IMG/VR virus record: IMGVR_UViG_3300042387_001967
Direction: 5' to 3' (one strand)
DNA length: 64,000 bases
Source: a virus
Part shown: positions 52,171 through 59,909 of the stretch, one piece after another
Position numbering within the stretch: position 1 is the first letter of the stretch
Layout of the letters: each line of letters begins with the position of its first letter
The notes under the pieces: model-generated
What the model was told of the DNA's origin: nothing
The model's input: the letters and a program-made list of their open reading frames with translations, nothing else
Databases searched by the model: none
Program-made: the position numbers and the translations under genes

Positions 52171-54084
52171 CTATTTCTGCATGACATCCGCCAGCGGCAC
52201 ACGCCCAGCGAGGACGTCCTCGAGCTGCTGCTTCGTCAGTCCCATCATCGTGCGCGCGGCGTCTTCCATCGCTGGATTGAGGATGGGCCGCGGCAGACGA
52301 ATGCGGCCCCACCGCTCTCCATTCAGCAGCCGATTGTCGAAAAGGCCACCGGGGATCGGTGTCAGGTTGCGAAGATTTACCATCTCGCCGTTTTCGACGT
52401 CGATCGGATCGCGCTCGTCCAGGTCGCCGTCCGTGAATGGCGCGAGGCGATACTTGCCCTTGCCGGAGTTGCGCGTGTTGATGCCGGCGCCCGCCAGCAG
52501 CGCGCGGAACTTGTGCCAGACAAACGGCTCGCCGATCTTTGGTAGCGTCTTGTCCGTGCGCAGTGCCATCCAGAAGTCGTGATTCTTCTGCCCGCGGATT
52601 GTGGCATTCTCCCGCATCAGCGAGTAGGCCCCGCTGGACAGTGTTGCAAAATTCTCGAGACCCGAGAAGCGTTTGGCCTGTGCGAATTCGCCACCGCCGC
52701 GCGTCGGCTGCTGATTCTGGTCGTAGCTGCCCGTGCCGCGGGCGCTGATCTTGCCTTCCGACGTGTGGTGGAGCTTGTGGACGAAACCGTAGCCCACCGT
52801 CACCGGCGCATCCAGCGTCCGGCCTTCTTCCGGATCGTAGACCATCTCCTGTGACTGCACGCCATTCTCGCGTTCCAACTGGTCGATGTAGTCGTTCCAG
52901 TTTTGTCCCTTCGGCAGGTAGCTGGGCAGCTTCAGCGCGTGCCCCAGCTTCTTGGCGACCTTGCCGAGCCGCAGCTCGTGCTGTGACGCCGGGTTCGCCC
53001 GGGAGACCAGGGACAGCGGATTGAGCAGCGCATCCAGCGGCTGTCCGTCCTCCGTCCGCGGCATCTGGTCGTCGGGAATGATCTTCGAGACGGTCGCCTT
53101 GGCGCCCTGCCGCAGCACGATCTTGTCTCCGACTTCCGTCGGCTTCAGGAATTTCAGCACCACCTTGTAGCCGTTCTTGGTCGCGCGCGCGGCGATGACC
53201 TGGGCCGGCTGCTGTCCGTGCCACACCTGAGCGGCGTCGCGGCGCTGCTGCCTCAGCGCCTTGCTGAGGCGCCCGATGTTTGCGCCGTCTGACGACAGCG
53301 TGCGAGGCATCGTCGCGAGCATGACGGGGTCGCCAGACTCCAGCACGGTGCCAGGTCGCACCAGCCCGTGTTCGTCAAAATTTTCCAGCTTCTCCTTGGT
53401 GAAGCGGTTCGGGAAGAGGGCGCGGTAGTGGCTGAGACCTGTCTTCAGATTGTCCGAGCGGTCCTGGTGCATCACCTTGTATTGGACGGCGGACAGGCGC
53501 TTGGCGAACGACTCGCTGACAGGCATGGCGTCGTCCATTCCGAAGCCCTTGAATGGCACCAGAGCGATGCGGGCGTTCAGCCCCATGTTTTGCACGCCGT
53601 TGTCGTCCGTGTAGGACGATGCTGCCATCATCTGCCCGGGTTTGAAGGTGTCACCTTTCTTGAGCAGTGCGCGGGAGGTTATGCCCGATTTCTGGTTGAA
53701 AAATTGTTCGTTGTACAGGTCGACGTCCGCCGTCTCGCCGTCATCGTAGGAGACGCGGATGTAGTCCGGCGTGACGCTGATGACGCGACCGGCACGCTTG
53801 GCGCGGACGGCGCCCATGTTCTCGCCGACGATTTCGTCAAAGCTGCGCCCTTCGGGGTCGGACGTGTCCAAGTTCTGGATCAGCGGAGCTTCGCCCTTGT
53901 CGATCGCCAGCGCCTGGTTCGCGAACCGCGCGCCGTAGAACAGCCGCGGCGCTTGCACTGCTCCCGCCAGCGGAATCATGTTGGTGTGTGACCCAAACTG
54001 CTGCGAGGGCGAGGACAGCTCGTAATCGACATCCGGATCGTCATCCGGCACCTCTTCGAGGCGGTTGTTGCGTACGACGTGCAT
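52171..54084 (-). CDS. rpoB: RNA polymerase beta C-terminal half fused to beta' N-terminal segment
   Basis: TNMIPL..RLFYGARFANQA, GMDDA, VGDKIVLRQGAKATVS, LLNPLSLVSRAN, HKLHHTSEGKISARGTGSY..QQP match RpoB; tail GGLFD..ERWGRIRLPRPILNP..GLTKQQLEDVL matches the RpoC N-terminus. Confidence 0.9.
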   Translation of the reverse strand: MHVVRNNRLEEVPDDDPDVDYELSSPSQQFGSHTNMIPLAGAVQAPRLFYGARFANQALAIDKGEAPLIQNLDTSDPEGRSFDEIVGENMGAVRAKRAGRVISVTPDYIRVSYDDGETADVDLYNEQFFNQKSGITSRALLKKGDTFKPGQMMAASSYTDDNGVQNMGLNARIALVPFKGFGMDDAMPVSESFAKRLSAVQYKVMHQDRSDNLKTGLSHYRALFPNRFTKEKLENFDEHGLVRPGTVLESGDPVMLATMPRTLSSDGANIGRLSKALRQQRRDAAQVWHGQQPAQVIAARATKNGYKVVLKFLKPTEVGDKIVLRQGAKATVSKIIPDDQMPRTEDGQPLDALLNPLSLVSRANPASQHELRLGKVAKKLGHALKLPSYLPKGQNWNDYIDQLERENGVQSQEMVYDPEEGRTLDAPVTVGYGFVHKLHHTSEGKISARGTGSYDQNQQPTRGGGEFAQAKRFSGLENFATLSSGAYSLMRENATIRGQKNHDFWMALRTDKTLPKIGEPFVWHKFRALLAGAGINTRNSGKGKYRLAPFTDGDLDERDPIDVENGEMVNLRNLTPIPGGLFDNRLLNGERWGRIRLPRPILNPAMEDAARTMMGLTKQQLEDVLAGRVPLADVMQK

Positions 54085-54087
54085 GCG

Positions 54088-56184
54088 CTAGGACTGAGCC
54101 GCGGCGAGGCGCGGATCGGTTGTGATCTGGTTGCCGTAGATCTGACTGATGATCCCCATCCGATCGGGTGAGTTTACCATGTCGGACTCGCGCATGTAGC
54201 GCGGCGGCTGAGGCGTAGTGAGACGCTTCTTCAGCATCCAATCGAACATCGTGTCTCCAAGCGCTCCGTAGGATGCGCGATAGAGTCCAAGCCGCGGAAA
54301 CAGCGCGTTGGCGCCGGCGTGATTGTTGAGCATCTGCCCTGATTCGGGCGCGAGATGCCGGAAAGGCTTCGGCACGGTCCGTCCGGTCTCCGGGTCGATC
54401 GAGCCGGGCACACCGGCGGTGCCAGTGGTGTAACTATCGTTGCCGTTGACCTGCAGACGCCCAGGTGCAGGAGGTCCGATCATCGGCGGCGGCGGACTTG
54501 CGACTTCGGGCGGCTCGGGCGGTATGCCGGTGGTGTAGGATCGTCCGTTCACCACCGTGTTGCCCTGCGCGGCCGCCTTGATTTGACCGACACGCTTCTG
54601 CAGCCGATCGATGCGGTTGCCGATCAGCCGTCCGGCGATCGTGTTCTCGCTGTCGCTCGCGGACGCCGCGCCGTCCGCCTGGGCCTTGCCCATCGCGGCC
54701 GTCATCTTCGCCTGCTCCTTCTGCACTGCGGACGTGGCCTTTGCCTGCTCCTTCTGCAGTGCAGCCGTGGCCTTTGCCGTCTCGAGCTGCAACTTCAGCA
54801 CTTCTTTTTCCTGCTGCTGCTTGCCCAGCTCTTGCTGAAAGCGCTGCTCCTGCTCCATCTGCGCCTGCGTGGCTGCCTGCTCCGTCTGGCCCTGCTGCTG
54901 TGCAGCGGCCTGCTCGGCCTGCATGGCTTTTTGTTCGGCCTGCATCACCGCAGGGTTTGCGGCCGGCGGTGGCGTGATGGAGTTGGCAGTCGCCTGCTGC
55001 TGATTCTGCATCCGCAGCGCTGGGTTCTGTCCGAGCTGCGGCGGCACTGGGACGGCGCCGGCCGGCGCTGGTCCTAGCGCATACTTGGTGAGTTCGGCGA
55101 CGAGACCCACCAGCGACGCAGCGGACTTCTCCACAGGCTGCGGCTGCTTCTCGTTGCGATGCTTCGTGCGCGCGCGAGTTTCCGTGCGCAGGCGGCGGCG
55201 TGTATCGCGCCCCAACCGCTGCAGCAGCGTGTTTGAGAGCTGCAGGTTTCCGACAGGCATCTGAATTTGCGTTTCGATGTCGCCGGGGTTCGCTGTCGGC
55301 AGCGTGACGCTCGCCGTCCCGGCTGAGTCCAGAGCCAGCCGCTTCTGCTCCATGTCGCTGTTCTGCTTCGCCTTGTAGAGCAGTATACCGAGGGCACCCA
55401 GGCCGAGCCCGCCGGCTCCCAACCAGACTTCCTTCGGGATGGATTTGATCGGGTTCTCGGCTGGCGGTTTCGCGCGGTCGTGTGCAAAGGATTTCGCCGC
55501 CTCGGTCGCCGCGTTGTCGACGTTGTAGAGAGTGCCGACTCCTTTCATCGCGAGATCTTTGGTCGGCGCGAGCGCGATAGCACCGAGCCCGGTGAGGACG
55601 TTCTTGCTCGCGATCTGATGTCCGCCGACGGCCCCGAGCAGGGCGTTCAGCCCGCCCATCAGCGTGCGCTCCTTGTCCCACTTCCACGGTTGGAAGGTGC
55701 TGCCGATCGGACGCTTCGTGTCGGCCGCCTGGTCGAAGAACGCGGTCGTGCCGAGTGCTCCGAGAACGCTGGCCAGCGCTTGGGTTTTGGTGTTCGCACA
55801 CTTCTCGATGACCTCGATGTTCAGACTGCGCGCCAGGGCCTTGGACGGCGAGTTGTGCCGCATGATCATGGCCTTCACGTCATCGCAATGATCGCGGACT
55901 TCCCGGATGACTTGCGCGACGGCCGACTTCGCGAAGCCACGCTCACGGTAGGCCGGCAGAATGCCGACCGCGTAGTATCCGACTTTTTTTTCGCCCTCGT
56001 CGAACTTCTGCCAGCCGACAAAACCCACCGGGTCCGCGGTGGCAGATTCTTTCACGAGATACAGCCCGCCGTTGAACTGATTGGTCTTCAGTCCGTGCGG
56101 CCAGTAGGACGGATCCTCGTGCAGGATCCGACTCATGATGCCTTCGACGATGGGCAGCTCGGAGGCCGCGGCAACTTTGATCAT
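54088..56184 (-). CDS. putative virion protein with N-terminal GNAT acetyltransferase domain
   Basis: YAVGILPAYRERGFAKSAV...NSPSKALA (GNAT motifs A/B); then hydrophobic Gly/Ala helices and a Q/A-rich coiled coil; EKCA and EKSAA motifs. Confidence 0.65.
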   Translation of the reverse strand: MIKVAAASELPIVEGIMSRILHEDPSYWPHGLKTNQFNGGLYLVKESATADPVGFVGWQKFDEGEKKVGYYAVGILPAYRERGFAKSAVAQVIREVRDHCDDVKAMIMRHNSPSKALARSLNIEVIEKCANTKTQALASVLGALGTTAFFDQAADTKRPIGSTFQPWKWDKERTLMGGLNALLGAVGGHQIASKNVLTGLGAIALAPTKDLAMKGVGTLYNVDNAATEAAKSFAHDRAKPPAENPIKSIPKEVWLGAGGLGLGALGILLYKAKQNSDMEQKRLALDSAGTASVTLPTANPGDIETQIQMPVGNLQLSNTLLQRLGRDTRRRLRTETRARTKHRNEKQPQPVEKSAASLVGLVAELTKYALGPAPAGAVPVPPQLGQNPALRMQNQQQATANSITPPPAANPAVMQAEQKAMQAEQAAAQQQGQTEQAATQAQMEQEQRFQQELGKQQQEKEVLKLQLETAKATAALQKEQAKATSAVQKEQAKMTAAMGKAQADGAASASDSENTIAGRLIGNRIDRLQKRVGQIKAAAQGNTVVNGRSYTTGIPPEPPEVASPPPPMIGPPAPGRLQVNGNDSYTTGTAGVPGSIDPETGRTVPKPFRHLAPESGQMLNNHAGANALFPRLGLYRASYGALGDTMFDWMLKKRLTTPQPPRYMRESDMVNSPDRMGIISQIYGNQITTDPRLAAAQS

Positions 56185-56212
56185 GCGGAATGCTACCGCA
56201 CTTTCCGTCGCA

Positions 56213-56260
56213 GGTAAAGAGGAAGCAGCCGCCGCCACCGGTGAGGGTGGCGGCGGCTGC
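56213..56260 (-). terminator. probable rho-independent terminator
   Basis: 15-bp stem GCAGCCGCCGCCACC/GGTGGCGGCGGCTGC followed by TTCCTCTTT. Confidence 0.65.
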
Positions 56261-56290
56261 GACGATTTCCTTGTAGTGGTTGCGCGCGGC

Positions 56291-57190
56291 TTACGCCGCG
56301 CCGTCCTCTTTTGCGGCGTCGAACGCCGCTGCGACGCTGCCCTCGAACGCAGCGTGAACTTCCAGCCCGCCTCCGCCGTGTTGCGCACTATAGCGAGCGG
56401 TCCGCGCGCTGTCGCGTTTGACTTTCGCCGCCTTACGCATCTCGCCCTCCCCAGTAAGCTCGCGAACAAGCACGGGGGGCGCTCCGATTATTTTCGGAAT
56501 CGTTGCCTTGTCGAACCCACCAAAGCACTGGCACGCGGCGAGGAATGGGTCCCACGCTGTGACGTGGTTCTCGGCGAACTCCCGCGCCGACGGGGCCAGT
56601 CTGGCCATGAGGTCTGACGCGCTGGAGCCAGGCACTACCATGCCTTTCACCTCTTTCCATGTCCGAGGGTCCAGATACTGCTCGGCATTCTTGCTGTTCG
56701 GCAGGTGTCCGTCCATCCGCTTTAGAGGATCCAGGTAGCCCTTCATGATCCCCCAGCCTGCCGCCGTGGGCAGCAGGCGTCCCATGTAGGCCGACAACCA
56801 CGGGATCTCGACCATTTTGATCGTATAGTCGCGCCGCGCCTCGTCACCATCCAGGACTGTCACCGTCGCATCCGGATGTTTGCCGGCTTTCATGCCGGCC
56901 GCGACCATCTCTAGCGTAAGCGACACCACGTGATGTCGCGTGTCCGACTCCTTCCTGCGGAACATAGCAGCCAAGACCGCCAGGATTTTACTGTCGTCGT
57001 CAAGGACGGTGAGTGCGCACATTTCCATGCTGGAGAGGAAGCAGCCACTCCATCGGTGACCGTAGTCGGTGCTGAGACGTTCCGGAGACGTCTGTTGTAG
57101 CCGCGGGTCCTCCAGTGGACTCAATGGCAACTGGGCAATTGAGGTTTTATATTGCTGCTTAGTCTCTTGATCGTAGTTGTCGTTATCCAT
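56291..57190 (-). CDS. hypothetical protein
   Basis: 299 aa; (ACCA)4 leader. Confidence 0.7.
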   Translation of the reverse strand: MDNDNYDQETKQQYKTSIAQLPLSPLEDPRLQQTSPERLSTDYGHRWSGCFLSSMEMCALTVLDDDSKILAVLAAMFRRKESDTRHHVVSLTLEMVAAGMKAGKHPDATVTVLDGDEARRDYTIKMVEIPWLSAYMGRLLPTAAGWGIMKGYLDPLKRMDGHLPNSKNAEQYLDPRTWKEVKGMVVPGSSASDLMARLAPSAREFAENHVTAWDPFLAACQCFGGFDKATIPKIIGAPPVLVRELTGEGEMRKAAKVKRDSARTARYSAQHGGGGLEVHAAFEGSVAAAFDAAKEDGAA

Positions 57191-57252
57191 TTTACTTGGT
57201 TGGTTGGTTGGTGTTCGTTACGCGAACGGCATGAATTGCCGCTAGCAATGTA

Positions 57253-57678
57253 TTATGACGCAATCCGCGTCATTTTTGCATGGAGCGCCGCGTGCTCCTG
57301 AACACTCACCTGCACCGTCATTGGCGGTTTTCCGCGCAGCTTCGAGCTATACAACCCCAGAATCCGCCGTGCCCTACCCTCCAGGCGACCGTTGATGTCC
57401 CGCGGACGCAGCGTCCAGCCGATCACCGGCAGTCCTTTGAGATTCCATTTGAGCACCCGGATGAAGTAAATGCGGGCCGGCTGTCCGGGTAGTCGCAGCT
57501 GATCCAGCGCTCCTATCAGTTTTCCGTAACGGTCGATGCGGTAGATCACCGACGGGTAGCATGGGATCTCGGCCAGGCTGTAAATCAAGCTGATGGCCCG
57601 CTTCGTGTCGCGTATCCCGTACACGACCACTGAGTCCAGCGGTTTGCTTACGGCGTCCGGTGTCGGAGCATCAGCCAC
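57253..57678 (-). CDS. hypothetical basic protein
   Basis: GTG start inside the end of the upstream CDS. Confidence 0.55.
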   Translation of the reverse strand: MADAPTPDAVSKPLDSVVVYGIRDTKRAISLIYSLAEIPCYPSVIYRIDRYGKLIGALDQLRLPGQPARIYFIRVLKWNLKGLPVIGWTLRPRDINGRLEGRARRILGLYSSKLRGKPPMTVQVSVQEHAALHAKMTRIAS

Positions 57679-58384
57679 GCGGGTAGAGCACCTGCACCGC
57701 CAGCCGGCGCGTGAGGTTGACAGACACCCCGTCGCGTCCTGGCGGAATGTCGGCGGAGCAGTCGGCTGCGTCGAACGGCACATCGAACACCTGCACGTCG
57801 TAGCGTCGGTTCCCTTTCCCGGCGACGATACAGACCTGCTTGCCGCTTTCGATGGCGTTGATGACACCCTCGATCTCCGCCTTCGCCTCTTCGATACCCA
57901 TGAGCGAGCCAATGTTCTTAAACAGCGATGCGCGCGCTGCGGCGGACAACCGCACCGCCGGGGTTGTCGGAACTTCTGATCGTAGATGCTCAACGGTGGC
58001 GCTCGTCACCGCGGCGAATGCGTCAGTCACCGCGGATGGGATAACGACAACGGACAGGTCGCTCGCGGCTGTTGGCTGAGTCGGAATGGCGATGTCGATA
58101 TGCGCATCCAAGCCGTCCACGATCCGCCTGGAAATCTCGGCTCGCGTGCCTTCCGTATCGAGTCCCATGGATATAACGACAACGGACGGGTCGCTCGCGG
58201 CTGTTGGCTGAGTCGGAATGGCGATGTCGATATGCGCATCCAAGCCGTCCACGATCCGCCTGGAAATCTCGGCTCGCGTGCCTTCCGTATCGAGTCCCAT
58301 GGATTCCGCGATGGCAATCACATCCGTTTTGCGGGGCAGTTCGGCAAGTGATTCGATGGTGTGAGGCGTAGCGGATTCGTTCAT
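57671..58384 (-). CDS. protein with duplicated helix-extension-helix (Rho-N/LEM-like) module
   Basis: RKTDVIAIAESMGLDTEGTRAEISRRI; 44-aa unit twice. Confidence 0.55.
   Translation of the reverse strand: MNESATPHTIESLAELPRKTDVIAIAESMGLDTEGTRAEISRRIVDGLDAHIDIAIPTQPTAASDPSVVVISMGLDTEGTRAEISRRIVDGLDAHIDIAIPTQPTAASDLSVVVIPSAVTDAFAAVTSATVEHLRSEVPTTPAVRLSAAARASLFKNIGSLMGIEEAKAEIEGVINAIESGKQVCIVAGKGNRRYDVQVFDVPFDAADCSADIPPGRDGVSVNLTRRLAVQVLYPRG
58041..58304. repeat. near-perfect 132-bp tandem duplication
   Basis: ataacgacaacggac at 58041 and 58173. Confidence 0.9.
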
Positions 58385-58397
58385 GGTGTCGGGTTGG

Positions 58398-58991
58398 TTA
58401 TCGGATTTTGACGTTGAGACCAGCTTGGAAGTCGGTCACTTTCTGGAGCATGACATCCTGGTCCAGGCAGGTAAAGGCGAAAGGATACTCAGGGTCGCCG
58501 GCACACTTGTTCTTCCGCTTGCGCACGTCCCTCCAGTGCGCGTCGAACGTCGAGTCGGAGATCGGCTCCGCTACCACGCCGTCGTCCACCTTCGGATAAA
58601 CCTCCCGCAGATCCTCGAACATGAACTCAGGACGCGGCGGACGCTCCCATCGTTGCCACAGGCGCAGGGCCAGCTCCGCGGCTTTCTGCACTTCCATGGG
58701 CGCGTAGATGAAATACTCGCGATGCGTCGGCTCGATCTGGAACTTGCTGTGATAGACCAGCAGCGTCACGATGTATGGCACCTGCGCACGCACAAGCGAC
58801 TCGCGAATCGGATCTCCGGACTGTCCGCTATCGTCGTAATTGCCGACGCGAGCCATCCCCTGGATGTAGTAGGTCCGCATCTGCTTGGCGGACAGCACCG
58901 CGCCGTGCTTCGGATTATCCACGGGCCGCCCGAGATGATCCCGCAACTGCACATTTTTGAAAATCTGCGCGTGTCTGGCTGTGTTTTCCAT
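58398..58991 (-). CDS. hypothetical protein
   Basis: MENTARH...; start uncertain. Confidence 0.6.
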   Translation of the reverse strand: MENTARHAQIFKNVQLRDHLGRPVDNPKHGAVLSAKQMRTYYIQGMARVGNYDDSGQSGDPIRESLVRAQVPYIVTLLVYHSKFQIEPTHREYFIYAPMEVQKAAELALRLWQRWERPPRPEFMFEDLREVYPKVDDGVVAEPISDSTFDAHWRDVRKRKNKCAGDPEYPFAFTCLDQDVMLQKVTDFQAGLNVKIR

Positions 58992-59062
58992 GCCCCAGTA
59001 ATGCGTCGCCGCCCGGATTCCGTCAACCCGTTTCTCTCTAAGCAAATTACGTTTCGCGCCGG

Positions 59063-59227
59063 GTATCATGGGTCGGTGCAGTGTATTTGACAATCCGTGA
59101 TACCCTGGTCTCGTGCGCGGCGCCCCCGAACGCGTTGAGCTACCGCGTCTTACAGATTTCGACTCGAGTATCATTTTGCCTCTTTTGAACTTCCCGATCG
59201 AGTATCATTTAGCCGTTTGCATGATAC
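59063..59227. promoter_or_regulatory. AT-richer control region with five GTATCA[TC] boxes
   Basis: Boxes at 59063, 59168, 59202 (forward) and 59097, 59221 (reverse). Confidence 0.4.
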
Positions 59228-59241
59228 CTTTCTTCTGGGTC

Positions 59242-59814
59242 CTATAATGCTGGCGGCAAAACCACCTCGCGCGTGATGCGCAGAGTCTCGAACTTTCCAG
59301 GCTCCAATTTCAGCGTGTGGATGTAGTATCGGGTCGGCAGATTCAGCCACCGCGTCAGTTCCTGTTTCGCCCGTGGAACACTGCCCTTGGCTGGCTTCGG
59401 CATGCCTGGCTCTTGCAGGGATTTCAACCGCATCAGGTAGAGTGCGGTGTCTGACGTCGGCAGCGTGGCGACGTTCGGCGAGATCATGTGATACTCCGCG
59501 CCCCTGGAGCCGCCGCTGCCTTCTTCGCGCGCCTGCGTGGACTTCTCGCGAGACTCGATCAGCTGCGCTCGTGCTGCGATCAGATCGACCAGCTGCAGGT
59601 CGCCACGATCGGACGCCGCCAGGTTATCGTCCACTTTCGCTTCCCGCAGCCGCTTCAGATCTTCGGCTTGCATCGCGGCGTATGCTTCCAAGGACAGAAG
59701 CTCTACCCGGATGTCTTTTGCGACGCCTTCGGAATCGCGGTAGTTGAGGATCTCGATCGTGGTGCCTGGCGCTGCGCTCAGTAGCGCGGCTTTGATTTGT
59801 GTGATGTCGTTCAT
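59242..59814 (-). CDS. hypothetical protein
   Basis: MNDITQIK... Confidence 0.7.
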   Translation of the reverse strand: MNDITQIKAALLSAAPGTTIEILNYRDSEGVAKDIRVELLSLEAYAAMQAEDLKRLREAKVDDNLAASDRGDLQLVDLIAARAQLIESREKSTQAREEGSGGSRGAEYHMISPNVATLPTSDTALYLMRLKSLQEPGMPKPAKGSVPRAKQELTRWLNLPTRYYIHTLKLEPGKFETLRITREVVLPPAL

Positions 59815-59841
59815 GATGATGTGATGGTTGTTGGTGTACGC

Positions 59842-59877
59842 AAAAAGCCCGGTCACCGCACTGGGCGATGACCGGGC
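59842..59877 (-). terminator. rho-independent terminator
   Basis: GCCCGGTCA...TGACCGGGC stem followed by TTTTT. Confidence 0.75.
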
Positions 59878-59909
59878 AGATGAACCGCAAAGAAATTCTA
59901 CATTTTGTC

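Noticed and set aside
10083-52200. Split intein or trans-splicing joining the two RNAP pieces
   Set aside because: No Hint-domain residues at the C-terminus of 52171..54084 or the N-terminus of 6997..10131, and no intron-like structure seen at either end.
54088-56469. ORF-track start at 56469 for the GNAT fusion, and other upstream-extended starts
   Set aside because: The extension overlaps the 56291..57190 gene and a terminator; ATG 56184 fits the domain boundary.
27498-58304. Tandem repeats as CRISPR arrays
   Set aside because: Only two copies each, no unique spacers, in frame inside CDSs, and no cas genes.
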